Positions 14,188 to 28,569 of a stretch of 64,000 bases of DNA are shown here, piece after piece (position 1 is the first letter of the stretch; each line of letters begins with the position of its first letter). This DNA is from Lama glama (taxonomy: Eukaryota), in contig CM052816.1 of the NCBI GenBank assembly GCA_028534125.1, positions 85,004,001 through 85,068,000 on the forward strand, written 5' to 3'. Made by a program: the position numbers and the translations under genes. The notes beneath the pieces were generated by a model. It saw only the letters and a list, made by a program, of their open reading frames with translations, was not told the origin of the DNA and did not search any database.

Positions 14188-14237
14188 AAACACACACACA
14201 TACAAATACACGCGCACACACACACACACACACACAA
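14188..14237. repeat. Interrupted (CA)n microsatellite
   Basis: Directly visible. Confidence 0.9.
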
Positions 14238-14389
14238 ATATTGGCAACGTCACATTGGTTTAGGTAGATACAATAATGGATACAGCCAATGAATAGCACT
14301 TAGCTCTTCTGTCCAAATATGTCTTTAAACGAGCATTGACTTCACCATTTTTCCAAAAACAGTGAACAATGGAGTGAGTATAGGGTCCT

Positions 14390-14505
14390 AGAGCACCTTC
14401 AACCCATTTAGGATTTCTGAACTCAAAAAATGTAAGATAATATATGCTATTTGAATCTACCCAATTTATAGTGATTTTAAAGCAACAATAGGAAACAAAT
14501 ACAAA
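14390..14505 (+). mobile_element. MLT1 LTR 3' fragment
   Basis: ggatttctgaactc...tgtaagataata...agcaacaataggaaacaaataca matches an MLT1 3' terminus. Confidence 0.7.
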
Positions 14506-14559
14506 TTGTTTAAAATGTTTCATTTGCCTGCATACTAATCTGAGAGGTGGCTATAACGG

Positions 14560-14900
14560 GAGCTTCAAAACAGCATAAGTGAATCCAGCCAAGGAAGACA
14601 AAGATTTGTAGCTTTGCCAAAGAGAGAACATATCAGGCATTTTGGATTGTTTTACTTAAGATGGTCATAAGGAATCTTGGAAGAGGTGCCACTTAAACTG
14701 AGATGTAAAAATGAGAAGGAGTCAGACATTTAAAGAAAAAATGGGGAAATTTCCAGAGAACACCAGTCTGATTATAGTGAACAGTATGGATAAATGCACT
14801 AAGGAAGAAAATAGCTTATCATGCTTAGAAATTAAGACAGCACAGGTATGGAAGAACACTCGAAACTAGAGGAAGAAATATTGTCTTTAATGAAGGAAGG
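14560..14900 (-). mobile_element. L2 LINE fragment
   Basis: agatggtcataaggaatcttggaagaggtgccacttaaactgagatgtaaaaatgagaaggagtcagac, typical reverse L2. Confidence 0.55.
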
Positions 14901-15019
14901 ACTAGATTAGACTTCTTTAAAAAATAGGACTGATCAATCATTGAGGCATAATTTGATACACTGTATTAGAGAAGATACTAGAAAGAGTGAATTCTTGTAT
15001 GGCACAAGAATCTATCTGC

Positions 15020-15188
15020 GAGGTCCTTGCTCCTGAAAGTGTGGTTCCCTGACCAGCATCAGTTAACACCTGGCAGATCATTAGAAACATAAAACCTTAA
15101 CATGATCCCTGACCTACTGAATCAGAATCTAGTCATTTGAACAAGATTCCCGGGTAATTCATATGCACACGAAAGTTGGAGAAGTATT
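15020..15188. mobile_element. MER5A (hAT-Charlie MITE)
   Basis: aaagtgtggttccctgaccagcatcag...gacctactgaatcagaatct...aacaagattcccgggtaattcatatgcaca...aagttggagaag. Confidence 0.85.
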
Positions 15189-15400
15189 AAAGATTCTGCT
15201 TCATTTACCTGAGGTGGTTGGGCTGGAGAAATGTTGTCTGTGGACAGTAGTTTATATAGTAAGAGACTGGAATCTGATCTTGGATAAGAAACTAAGTGTT
15301 CTTCTTTTTTAAGAAGAGGAAAAGTGGAGAATGTGGCTCAAGTGCAGTTCGTGCATGATCATTATTATTATTGGTTTAACGTGAGAAATTAAAAGTGTTG

Positions 15401-15967
15401 TGTGATGATTAATTTTATGTGTCAACTTGACTGGTGATAGTGTTCCCAGATTAAATATTATTTCTGCTCGTGTCTGTGTGGGTGTTTCTGGGTGAGATTA
15501 GCGCCTGAATCCCTGGACTCAATGAAGTATGTCTGCCCTCCCCAGGGTGGGTGAGCATCATCCAATCTGCTGAGGGTCTAAACAGAACAAAAGGAGGAGG
15601 AAGCAAAAATCCCCTCCTTTTTCCTTCTTGCTTGCCTGTCTCTCATCCTGTTCAGTCTCCATCTGGAATTTACAACATCAGCTCCTTTGGTTTGCAGGCA
15701 TTTGGATTAAGACTGAATTACACCAGAGGCTTCTCTGGGTCTGCAGTTTTGCAGATGGCAGACTGTGGGACTTCTTAGACTCCATGTTTGAGTTACTTCT
15801 TCATAATATAACAATTGCTCATAATAAATCCCTACCTAAACATAAATATATACACATATATTTCTTCAGTGAAAGAGAACCAGTAGATATATATATTTAT
15901 AAATAAATTAATATATCTCTCTATATAAATATATACTGGTTCTGTTTCATTGGAGAAACCTAATACA
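15401..15967 (+). mobile_element. Complete MLT2 (ERVL) solo LTR with 5-bp TSD
   Basis: Starts TGTGATGATTAATTTTATGTGTCAACTTGACTGG and ends ggttctgtttc...cctaataCA; TGTTG on both sides (15396-15400, 15968-15972). Confidence 0.92.
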
Positions 15968-16159
15968 TGTTGGCATCTCCTTCCTTTGATATTCTCATAA
16001 GAGGGAAGAGAATCAGCTAAGAACAACAAAAAAAAAAAAAAAAGAAGAAGAAGAAGATAAAGACTTCTGAAGACCTAAAAGGGTTAAAATGTCATGTGTT
16101 GTTTCATTCATTATAATCACCATCATCATCATCATCACAATGATAGCATCAACCAGAGA

Positions 16160-16385
16160 AAACATTTATCCTGTATCTGTAACGTACCACAAGGATGAAG
16201 GGATTTTACAGGTATCATTTAATCATCACAACCTCCCTATGAAGAAATTGTTATCAGGACTCCACTTTTACAGATAAGCAAACTGAGTCACAAAGATGTT
16301 AAGATAATTACTGAATATCAGATAGTGAGTAATGGAACAATGTTTTAAACCACTACATTTTGATTTGAGTCTTCTTAATGACTCT
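16160..16385 (-). mobile_element. MIR SINE
   Basis: atcatttaatcatcacaacctccctatgaag...ttttacagataagcaaactgagtcaca, the MIR core. Confidence 0.85.
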
Positions 16386-17898
16386 TTTCATTGTTCCTCT
16401 TTACAAGTATAAAAACTTATCTAAGCGTAAAATAGCGTGTATTTGAAGAGCGTATTTATCATTTGTATGATGCTCAGTCATATATGTGTTGTTCTCTCAC
16501 AGTTTGTGAGCTCATTGAGTGTACCCTTGTTCTCATATCCCCAGATTCTTAGTACAATGCCTATTTGACAAACAATTCTCAATTTCTCAGACAAGTAGAA
16601 ATATGTGGAAGAGAGATACAGACTGATAGTAGACACCACTTTTATCCTATGATTACAGACAGGAAGTGAGAAATAATCTAATAAGTCTGTTGTCATTTCT
16701 AATATACTTTATTTTGAAGCATAGAATTTGTAAAAATAATTTTCTTTTATATTTAAAGGGATGTAGAAAGGTGAAGTTTAAACATGACACTTAAGACATT
16801 CTTGAAATGATCTATCCTTCTGGGGAGAGGGAAAAGGAAAGAGAGAGGAGAGAAACTTCTAAGAGAGGATCCACCAAATATTTGAAAAGACATTTTCCTT
16901 GCTGAATTTGAATATTCATTTATGGAGGTAACAGAAAAACAGACCAAATTGTTTCACTTAATCAAAGAGATTCAATAGAAACTGAAAATGGGTAGATGTT
17001 TTCTAGAAGAAAGAACAAAGCCAGAGACCTGAGTATTTTTTGAAGGAAGAGCAGCCATAAAAATCTTAGACAAGAAACAAATGCAAGGGAGATTTTTCAA
17101 GGGAAATGCCATATTTAGAGTACTGTGCAACGTGACCCTTCTTGTAACCCCATGCATCCTGGATGAAATTACAGCAAACAAATTATGCTGGTGTGATTAT
17201 ATGCCTTCTGGAAGCCAGTGAAGGGGATGAGTTTTATGCCAGGTCTGTCTGAGGCCAAAGGGACAGCCATCTGTCTGGATTACCTTCCATAATTCAGTGG
17301 ATTTTTTTTTCTGTTAGATATCAAAAATAAAGAAAAAATAAATTAGAGGCTTTAAAGATTGGGTAGTCTGAATAATTCTGAATGTTTTTATTTGCTTTAA
17401 ATTGTTTTGCTTCCAAAAAATATTTCCCATGCTAATAGTCTCAGTAAATATCAATTTGAAGGGAAATATTCTGTGCAGGTACATTGGTACCAGGGATTTC
17501 AATGAGAAATATTAAGTAATGTTTATTACAGGAATTGTATACAAAACAGTGCACCATGCATTTGAGTACTGATCAAAAGACACAATGATTTGCCTATAAC
17601 TAACCAAGTACTTTCATTGTACACAAATATACAATCCCAGAAAATCTAATTCTAAAACGATATTTTTATAACATTTATCAGGAAAAATCTGAAGAGACAT
17701 TTAAAAATATATATTCTTAGAATATGTATATATATATGCACATTAAGTTTATAATATACATGTATATTATTTAAAATGACTTCTGATATTAATACAGCAA
17801 GTTGGGTGTTGTTATGTTCCTTTTTTCTTCATGAAGTAATCAAGACTGGGTGATAATACTTTTTAAAAGAGATCATATTTATTAAACATTAATGATGC

Positions 17899-18340
17899 TG
17901 TATTAATTTCTAGGGCCACCATAACAAATGAATACAAAATAAGTGGCTTAAAGTGACAGAAACGTACTTTCTCAGGGTTCTGGAGGCCAGAAGTCCAAAA
18001 CCAAGGTGTGAGCAGTGTCACACTCCCACTGAAGGATCTGTCCTCCTTGCCTCTTCCTAGACTCCCATGGCTCCCAGGAATCTTGATACTCCTTGGTTTG
18101 TAGATGCTTTTCTCCAACCTCTGCCCCCATCTTCACATAGCCTTCTTCCATGTGTCTCTCTGCCTTTACCCCTCTTCTTTTAAGGATGCCAATCATTGGA
18201 GTTAGGGCCCACTCTAATCTAGCATGATTTCAACTTGATTACTTGAAAAAGACCCTATTTCAAATAAGGGCACATTCACTAGGTACTAGTAGTTAGAACT
18301 TGAACGTATTCTATTGAGAGGCACAATTCAACCCACTACA
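17899..18340 (-). mobile_element. MaLR LTR (MLT1C-like), near full length
   Basis: tgtattaatttctagggccaccataacaaa...ttctggaggccagaagtccaaaaccaaggtgt...cacaattcaacccactaca. Explains ORFs 17863-18117 and 17972-18196. Confidence 0.9.
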
Positions 18341-18359
18341 AATACTAAATATTTTCAAT

Positions 18360-18545
18360 CTATTACTTCACTGAATCCTTATGTTAGCCCAAGGAATTAA
18401 GTACTAATATTACTTCTATATTTTACTTGAAAAGCCTAAAACCTAGAAACTGAATTCCTTATATATGACCATTCAGTCAAGTAGGAGGTAGAACTGGCAT
18501 CTGATCTGAACAGCTTCACTACAGATCTCAAAATCTTAATCAAGT
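18360..18545 (-). mobile_element. MIR fragment
   Basis: Degenerate MIR-like core and tail. Confidence 0.45.
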
Positions 18546-18734
18546 AGAACACATATATAATATTCCAGCTAGATGTCACAGACAAGTGTGTGAAATTATG
18601 TCTTCTGACTCCATAGTTTTTTATTTCTTTACATTATTTCAAACAATGTATTGTTTTTATGTTTATTCTATTTACTTAACTAGATTATTGAAAAATCAAA
18701 CTGTTCCACAATTCTCTTTTTGTCTTTCATTGCT

Positions 18735-18830
18735 TGTTTCAATTGATATTTATTGAGTATTTGCTCAAAGCCAGGTGCTGATCTAAGCACTGGGTATATA
18801 GCCCAGAACAAAACAGACAAAAATTTCTGT
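18735..18830 (-). mobile_element. L2 3' end
   Basis: atatttattgagtatttgctcaaagccaggtgctgatctaagcactggg...aacaaaacagacaaaaat. Confidence 0.75.
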
Positions 18831-21689
18831 ATTCGTATAATTTATAGTCGAGTAATGGGCTTATATTCTGGCGTAGGCTCCATCATAGATAGTAAAAGAG
18901 AAATTATGTATGCATTTATATATTTATGCATATGTATATGTATGCACTTATTTAAGGATCAGTATATTTCCCTATCTAATACTAATTATCATAGGATTCA
19001 GCTCATTTAAAAGAGATTTTCTTAATATATGATTGTAAGAAATCATTACAGGAAGAATTTCAAGTCAGGGTCTCAAAATAGAAATAATGATTGAAATTTT
19101 GACAATGTTCTACAACCCATAATTTGGAAAATTTTAAGAAAACAGGAATGAAATGTTTTAAGCACAGATGAGGATAAGCTGATATGAAGCTGTCAGGGAA
19201 ATATTCTGCGATACACGCAGAATCCTTCTGTCACAAATGCTCAGTGTCTCTGTAGACACCTTAGCTAATTCTGCAGCAGTGTTTAACTGTCAGTAGTACC
19301 TGTTGTTCAGTAATTGACTAGTACACAGGAGCCGGATGACCTTTGAAAATGCCACTTCTGATCAAGACTAGATATAAAAGTCTTTAGGACTACAGCTACA
19401 GGATGTCCCTCTTCCTGTGGCCATCATTCTTTCACTCTTAATGTCAAATTAGTGTCAGCTTTTGGTTGACACATAAGGGTGATAACTATTGTTTCTAATT
19501 ATAAAAACATTCTGAGTTAAAAACTATAGAGCAATCATAAAATCAAAAAATAAAATTAAATACAATAAAACAGACAAATTTTGAAGGGTACTTTCCAGCA
19601 TATTTTCTTTGTGATTTTTTTATGCAGTTGAACACTGAAATAATTAAAATTAAAATTTTATGTTGTGAAATGTGTCACTAGGTTTTGTGAGGCTTTCTGT
19701 GGCATAGCTTAGTATAAAAAGAAGTTCAGGGATATGATTTTGTTTGTTTTTCCCTCATGGAAGGCTTAGATCATTGTATGGGTACAAATAGCATCACTGG
19801 GTAAATTAGGAACAGTTATAATTGTAATGGTAAAACTCTCCTGATTTTTTTTTAAGGAACTTTGGAGAACTCATTTAAACATGAACGGTATCTGCAATAA
19901 GACTGAATACCAGTATTAGCAGAAATTAGTATGATACAGTCAAAATAATAAAACCTAAAAACACGATTTGCTATTTCTTTAGTCATATTGAATAAACTAG
20001 TAAAATAATATTAGTGGATAGAACCAGAAAATCACAAAATATTATATGAGGAAAAAACTATGCTGTGTAATCTTCCAAATATTCTATGTATCAGTTATTC
20101 TTGGGATATAAGTCATACTTAGAATTATAAAAACAGTTATGTGACATTTAATTGGGGACCTAGTTTGGAGATCTTGCTTATATCATTGTTCCTCTATATT
20201 TCCATTAGACTTTATAATAGAAATTTTATTCCCAAATTCCAATGCCTTGAAAAGATGAATTTATCCAGATTTATTTTATCCTCTGCATTTTATGATCATT
20301 GTAATTGATTCTGATTAAAAAATTTTTTGCCTGACATAATCATATTGCTGACTTTGTAGAATAAGTCTACTAATTATACCTTACCTAATAACATACATTT
20401 TCATAAATTTTCCTTTAGTTATTATTTTAATTTCTACTTTTATTTCTCCTTTAATAGTTCTTCAATTGTTCTTGCAGGTGCTATAATATATAAATTAAGT
20501 TCAATACAAACAAACAAGTGAAAGAGTGAATAATCAATACAGTAATAAGAGAAAGTCTATTACCAATGGTTATAATTGGGAAACGATTGACGATTCATTA
20601 CTTTTCTCCATTTCTTTATAGTTATAAAACTGCACATATTTTATTTTCAATATAAAAAACTATTAAAAACTTAAGCATAATACAATTTAGAATGAATTAT
20701 TGACATATGTTCAAGGATATACTTTGTTACAGGTATTGATCTATCTTAATAGTCTGTACATTATTTGCTGTACAACTTTGCTACTTAAGCATCACGTAGG
20801 GGGTTTGTGAGCAGTGATAATGTTGTAAGAATCAGTTATGGCTTCACCTCAGGACTGTGAATCAGGATCTGCGCTGTAACAAGGTTCTAAGTTTTTGTTT
20901 ACATGATTAAGTTCTAGAATCACTGCTGGAGAACACATCAAATAAAATATTCCACGGAAAACAATGATTAGACTAATTTATACCTTATAGTTAAAAATAA
21001 TTTGATAATAAAACTTAAGCAATTTTGAGATGCATGTCTATTATTTTAAATTTCTGAACTTCTAATGATAAGAAGCAAAGATAAAGTCTAAGTCTGGTTT
21101 TCCAAATTCAAAATGGATTTGACGTTTCCTACTCTAAATCATCGAAACCAAACAAAATCTATTATGTGTTAACAATTCCCCTAATTTAAAACATAAGTTT
21201 CTTAATAAAACTGTATTTTTGGTATCCAGTAGAGAAATAATCAAGTATTTTAACAAAATTATAATTGAATTTCCAGGAAAATTCTGAAGCAAAATATCTT
21301 TTAAATAATTTTCTTATAACTAGAGAGTTATAATGACTTAGAAGTCATTGCTTTGAAAATCATTACATGGAAGCTGTGAAACAATTACCCAGTAAAAAAC
21401 TCCTGAGGAAGAGGAATATTTGTTTAAGGAGAATCAACAAATTCTCTACTTCTAGGAAACTGAATCTGCCACTTTTCAATTAGATTCAGCCTGAATCTTG
21501 TAAATATCATTTCCTATGACCTTCCAGTTACAGTATAAAGAATCTTCTAATCCAGTCTCTAAAGAGGTCTTTTTTGCAAGATTGATCTACAGCAGAAATG
21601 ACACAGAAGATTAACACTTGAAGTTAGAACAACGGCACAAAGAAAAACATATAATAATAATAATGATGATGATAATAATAACAAATAGT

Positions 21690-22020
21690 TATTAATTACT
21701 AATCATTTATTATATGCTAGGCACTCTTTTAAGCATTTTACATACATCAACTCATTAATTCTTCCAACCAACCTTAGAGTGGGGTCCATCAATTATCTAT
21801 TTTTAATTTTTTTTCAGAGAGTAAAACTGAATAATATTATGAGCTGTATTTCATTGATGTACATTTTCCACAAATTTAAATATTTCTGAAGGATATATCT
21901 AAAAAATAATGATATTTTAGGTAAATGGAAGAGTAGCTTACCCAAGGTTATACAGATGTATTTATTCAAGTTTAGTTTCAGTTCCAGGCCAACCATCTTT
22001 GCTGTCTTAAGCACACTAAA
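21690..22020 (-). mobile_element. MIR SINE (interrupted)
   Basis: tatatgctaggcactcttttaagcattttacatacatcaactcattaattcttcca...agcttacccaaggttatacag. Confidence 0.7.
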
Positions 22021-22729
22021 CTAGGCACACACTGCCATTGTGTAGAAGACAATGAAAGAAGTAGTTCTGTGCTAAAATATTCATTGAAGACTATATAAGT
22101 TCAGATTTCAGGCAATTACTGACTAAAATAAATTGAACTTTATTAGGTGGCTAATAAAGGCTCTGATTTCAAAGAAAATGCCACTCTACTGCCCACTGAG
22201 CTGGGAGAAATACTTGTGGTACAATGATGAAAACAAAAAGGAAACTGTTACCAGAAAAAGAAGATGTCCTTACTCATTCCTAAGTCTATCGTTCATTTTG
22301 CAGAGAAGAGGTATTCAAATAATATCAGAAACATATTCAAATGAATGTGTTATCTGCTATGTATGTAAGCATGTTTAATTCTAAAGTCACATTATATTTC
22401 ACAGATGGCACTGTAGTATATTATTTCTCAATACATACTTGTTAAGTTTATGCATTTTTAATGGACGAACATTTAGCTACTTTAATAGAAGGACTATGGA
22501 GTTGGAAGACCCATAGATACCAATCCCAGCTATAAACAATGTTTATAGAAAACTGTCCCAATAAGTTTTTCTGCTGGTGTATTTCACTCTATACCTATGT
22601 ACCATAAGTACTTGTATTATTTCAGTAAACACTTTTCTTCTTTCTTTAAATCCAACATTGTATAAACAGATCTCAACATTGTTTCCTCATGTTCATAGCA
22701 TTATCAGATTAAATCTACTTTCTATTTTT

Positions 22730-23229
22730 NNNNNNNNNNNNNNNNNNNNNNNNNNNNNNNNNNNNNNNNNNNNNNNNNNNNNNNNNNNNNNNNNNNNNNN
22801 NNNNNNNNNNNNNNNNNNNNNNNNNNNNNNNNNNNNNNNNNNNNNNNNNNNNNNNNNNNNNNNNNNNNNNNNNNNNNNNNNNNNNNNNNNNNNNNNNNNN
22901 NNNNNNNNNNNNNNNNNNNNNNNNNNNNNNNNNNNNNNNNNNNNNNNNNNNNNNNNNNNNNNNNNNNNNNNNNNNNNNNNNNNNNNNNNNNNNNNNNNNN
23001 NNNNNNNNNNNNNNNNNNNNNNNNNNNNNNNNNNNNNNNNNNNNNNNNNNNNNNNNNNNNNNNNNNNNNNNNNNNNNNNNNNNNNNNNNNNNNNNNNNNN
23101 NNNNNNNNNNNNNNNNNNNNNNNNNNNNNNNNNNNNNNNNNNNNNNNNNNNNNNNNNNNNNNNNNNNNNNNNNNNNNNNNNNNNNNNNNNNNNNNNNNNN
23201 NNNNNNNNNNNNNNNNNNNNNNNNNNNNN
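22730..23229. other. Assembly gap, exactly 500 N
   Basis: Run of N. Confidence 1.
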
Positions 23230-25234
23230 AACAATTCCTCCATCAATTCCATTTTCCCTTCTCCTCTTATTCAATTTGACTTCATTCTTATAACACAATT
23301 ATTCCTCTGTTTCTACTAAAATTTCCTAAACTACTGCTTCTTAACAAATTGATATGTTCCATTATCCCTATTTGGCTCCTAACCTTTACAAAATCAACTC
23401 CTAAAATTTCTCAAGGCTCATTCCCAGAATAAGTTCTTTCTGTGCTCTCACCTTTGGGGTCTTACCCTTCCTGATGTCTTTAGATACCTTTTGCTTTTGC
23501 ATCCTATAATTATTCTCTGAGTTTTAGATTATTCAAAAATCCAAATAACTTTTTAATACTTTCAATTTCATGTTTTATAAATATCTCAATTAAAATTCTT
23601 AAAAACAGAATTTTTAATATTTTTCCTCAAACCTGTCATACTTCCTTTGTTTTTATCTCATGATGGGGCAACATCTAGCAACTAACAACAACAAAAAGGG
23701 AGATCTTTTCCATATCCTATCTTCTCCCTCTTCATGTACTTCTCTTTGCTTTCACTATCATGATTCCAGTGGAAATCTTGTCCTTACTTGTTAAAGGATA
23801 ATCTTTTATCCTAATATCATGATAAAAGATACCTCTTTAAGACTTTTCCCCAGTTTTATTCTTCTTCAAGAGAAAATTTCAAAAATGAGTATTTGTGTAT
23901 AAAAATATGCAATTATCACTGTGACACTTTCCTCCTCTGTGAAATATAGATAAAAGCACTCACTTCCCAAGATTATTATATTCAATGAGAAGCTGTACAT
24001 AAAAGGTTTACTAAAAGGTTTGCCCATTAAAACTTAGCTATGTGTTTATTTTAATCACTTTTACTTGAGCTTTGAAGGTTTCAAGGTAATATTTCATATG
24101 AAATATTGTCACTGTTGATGTTGTGATGGAGGTTTTAAGTATTTTTATAGGTAATTGTTAAACTCATTATATTTTACATTAGTCTATAATTTTTTTTAGC
24201 TTTCTCAATAGTCAAATTAATTTGTAATTATAACTTAGAAATAATAAGCAAATGCTCAATGGGAATATATGATCCACAGACTACCTGACAAACTGATTGG
24301 TATTACATTTCTTAGCTTTATTTTTCCCTTACATTTAGTTGTTTATTGCTCAGAAGGACAAAGATCAAGGAGGAGAAGGTCAAGGAAGAAATCATCACTG
24401 TGAACTGAGGGCCACTTAAACATAATCTTTGAAGTCATGCTTTGAAGGTCTTTGGGACAGAAAACAGAATGAAAAATGAGCTGAGATATGAGAAAGATCT
24501 CTGAAGTAACTCGAAAGAAATTATAGCATTTTCCTTAGTTCTAAGATATAAATGATACTCTTGTGTTGCAGCTATCCCTAACATATTGCCATCAAGTGAG
24601 TCTTCTGTTTTTGTGAGCTGTTTTGCTGTAATCATGGTAGTAGTCTGATGTATTTTGGGTATTATACTGCATCAAATTGAAAATTCTGAAAAATTTATTG
24701 AGTTTTCTATATGAGAGTATACTGGGAAACTTCTTCACTGTGCAGTTAATTTTTCCTCCATTGGAAAACTGTGCACAAAAGGATGTACAAAATGAATGTT
24801 TTCTATGGAATTATTAGTATAAATTCTAGACATAAACTAATTACATATTATTAAATATTAGTTATCTATTTAAACATAAAAAGAATCACACTATTTTTGT
24901 ATACTAATGTACTTCTGGGAATGAAATAAAGTATTTAATATACCACAGATTACCAGTTCTTTGGTTTTTTGTTATTGGGGGTGATTTATATTTTGCAAAA
25001 ATGTGAAACTCATAAGCAATAGAATATTTACAGTATTTCAATATAAGGACCACTATTTATCTAGAAAAATTATTTTACAGAGTAAACTTAAAGATGAGCT
25101 ATGTGTCTTTTTTATAAACAGGCAATATTTTTAAATTGTCTTACCATCTCTGTAATGGTATATCATTGTAAATATACTGCCTAGTAGATACCTCCTGATC
25201 ATCTAATTACTGAAAACTAACTGCTTTATGTTTT

Positions 25235-28200
25235 TATAAATTTTCTTCTGGAATAATTGTAGATTTAGAGAAAAATTAGATAGAATAGGAAGCAACCATT
25301 TATCTTTTACACAGCTTTACTTAATAATAACATCTTATTGTGTATTTGTCCAAGTTAACAGATTAAATTTAATAAAATACTATTAACTAATTAGCAAACA
25401 TTATTTACATTTCAACAGCTTTTCCACTTATTTATGTTTCAGATTTCAGTCCAGAATATCATATTGCATTTTATCGTGTACATACATTTATAACTAAATC
25501 TGTAACTATATTCAGTATCTATATTTTAATCTATATCTTATGCACTTTGCCTAGAGTTAAGTTTAATTCTTGTCTGCTGTGCCAATTCACAAACTTAGAC
25601 TCTTTCTTCTAAGTTTTCATATTTATGGGTATACAGTAGTTCCCAGTATAACTCTGTTTTTCTTTAATATCCTTGGGATAGTAGAAATGGCTCCTTTTCT
25701 ATTCCTGATATGGAGAACATGTTAAGTTCTTGTGTTACTATAACAAACTGCCACAAACTTGGTGACTTAATAGGAATGTATTCTCTTATAGTTCTGGAGG
25801 CCAGAAATCTGAAATTGTACCACTGGCCAAAGTAATATCACTCCTCTGGAGGCTCCAGGGGAGAGTGTATTCCTTGCCTCTTCCAGTTTCTGGTGACTAT
25901 CCGTATTCCTTCACTTGTGTTCTTATCACTCCAACGTCTTGCCCATGGTCATATTTCCTTCTCTTCTGCCTGTGTTAAATATCCTTTTTGTAATTATACA
26001 TGGATTGCAGTTAGCCCCTACCAATATAATCTATTCATACTCTCACCATCTCAAGACGTTTTATTTAATCACATCAGCAAAGACTGTTTCCATGTTACAA
26101 ATTAATATTACAGATTCCAGGGATTAGGGTGTGGATCTTCTGTGGAATCATTTTTAAGCCGATAGCAGATAATTTTTGTCTTCTCTGATTTTTTTCTTTC
26201 TGAATTGATCAGATTTTAATAGATTCTATGGAATTCATCAAAGAATCTATTTTTTTCAATTTATTGATTTTCCTTATTATTCTAATTTTAGATGTATTGA
26301 TTGTTGTCCTAATCATGATGATTGTGTTCCTCTACTATGTTTGGGTTTAATTTTCTTTTCTTTCCTTTGCCTTATTTCAGGTGAAAGAATAGGATATTGA
26401 TTTTCAATCTTTCTTTTTCTTCATATAAACATTTATTGCTATAAGATTTTCACTAGACACTGCTTTAGCTCAGACCACAAGTTTTGATGTTTTATTTTTT
26501 ATTTTCATTTAAACTATTTTTTACATTTCTGTTGAGACTTTCTCTTGGACCTCTATGTTATTTGGAATTGTGTTTAATTTCTAAGTATTTAGAGATTTCT
26601 ATATTATCTTTCTGTTATTTATTTCTAATTTATTTTCTTTTTGGCCTTAGAGCACACTCTATAGGGTTTCAATTATTGTATTCATATTAAGTTTTAGTTA
26701 ATGGCTCCAAATGTAATCTATCTCAGTAAATGATCAATGTTCACTTGACAGAAATATGTATCCTGTTCTTGTTAGGTGGAATGTTCTAAAATGTCAATTA
26801 GATCAAGTTGGTTTGTTGGGCTATATTAAATTGTCACTTATTTTCTGCTTGCATGATTTATTAATTACTGAGAAGTGTAAAATCCTCAACTATAATTGTG
26901 GATACATCTGTTTCTCCATTTAGATCTATCATTTTTGGCCTCATATATTTTGAAGCTCTGTTGTTAGATACATACATGTTTAGGATTGGTGTCTCTTCTT
27001 GGAAAGTTGAAAACTTTACAATAATCTAGTGCCACTCTTTGTCCCTGATAAGTTTCTTCGTTTTGAAATCTACTTAATCTGAAATTAATAAAGCTAGTTT
27101 AGCTTTATTTTGAGTTACTCTTTACATGGTTTATCTTTTTTAATATTTTTCCTTTTAACCTGTTTATATCCTTATTTTTAAATTGGGATTTATTTTTTTA
27201 GGCAGCATAGAGTTTAGTTCCACTTCAAAAAAATTCAATTTAATAATCTATCTCTTGGTAATTGTGTTTAGACTCTTCTCATTTAAATTCCTAGAGATAA
27301 ATTTGGATTAAAACCTATCATCTTTATAACACTATTCTATTTGTTTCATTTGCTCTTCATTTATTTTTCTATTTCAGTCTTCTCTTGTTCTAATTTAGCA
27401 TGTTATAGCTTTAATGGTTTTATATCTCATCTATTTCCATACTGTGTATCTGTCTTTTTTGTTTGACTTTTCCAGTACCATAAGGTTTATAATATACATT
27501 TGTAAATAACATAAGGCTATACTAATACCCTATTTTACCACTCACATGACCTTATATTCTTGATATCTTCCTCCCATTCCATATTCTACTGTTGTCATAC
27601 ATTTTACTTTTACTGCTAGGTATGTGTAAGTACATATGTGTATTATCATTTTTGTTTTAAAGAGTTAATTGTCATTTACTTTACAGCTGATTCTTTTTTA
27701 TTCCTCTCTTGTAAATTAAAGTTTCTGACTATATCATATTCCTTCTTTTTAAAGAAATTCCATTAACATTTTCTGTTCTGCTGAAAATGAATTCCTTCAG
27801 GTCTCTTTTGACTTAGTAAGACTTTTTATCTCTTGTAACTTGAAAGGATATTTTCACTGGTATTGAATTTTGAGTTGAGAACTTTTCTTTTAGCATATTA
27901 CATATTTAAATCTTGTCTTCTTTTTTGCATAGTTTTTTATGATAAGTATGCTGTGCTTTTTAATCACTGTTTCTCTGAAGGTTAAATGTTTTTTTCCATA
28001 GTTATCTTAACGATTTTTTTCCGAGTTTGCTCTACAGCAGTTTGACTATCATATGCACAGGTGTGTGTGTGTGTTTCTTTAAATATTTATTCTTCTGGGA
28101 TTCCAATTATGCATTTCTTGAAGCATTTGATATTCTGCCATAGATCGTGGATTTTTTTTTGTTCTGTTTGTTTTTTACTCTTTCTTTCTCTTTGCATTTC

Positions 28201-28560
28201 TTTTTGGGTAATTTAATCCCCATATCATCAAGGTTACTGATTCTTCCCTCAGCTGTGTTGCGTCTACTGATGAACTCATTAAAGACTTTCATCTCCACAC
28301 ATTGTCTTGAATCTATCATTTCCATTTTATTCCTTTTTTTATTTTACAGTTTCCACTTCACTGATGAAATTATTGATCTTTATTTGCCTACCATTTACCT
28401 TATTTCATTACAGCTTTATCATGCTAATCTGTTATTTTAATTTCTCTGTCCATTCTATCATGGCACGTCTGAATTTAGTTCTCATAATTTTTTTCTGTTG
28501 TCTTTTTGTATGCCTTGTAATTTTTTTTGGTTGTTGTTAATTACTAGATATGTTGTATAG
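25235..28560 (-). mobile_element. Old degenerate L1 (L1MC-like 3' UTR plus ORF2/ORF1 remnants) with nested elements
   Basis: T-rich reverse L1 signatures: aataattgtagatttagagaaaaatt, cactgctttagct...ccacaagttttgat, ctcaactataattgtggat, gaagctctgttgttagatacatacatgtttaggatt, gaaaggatattttcactgg. No intact ORF. Confidence 0.85.
25720..26168 (-). mobile_element. MLT1 (B/C/D-like) LTR nested in L1
   Basis: ctataacaaactgccacaaacttggtgactta...tagttctggaggccagaaatctgaaat...ttccttgcctcttccagtttctggtg. Confidence 0.85.
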
Positions 28561-28569
28561 AATAGTATA

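Noticed and set aside
22577..23298. Long ORFs of 176-238 aa
   Set aside because: Artefacts of translating through the N gap.
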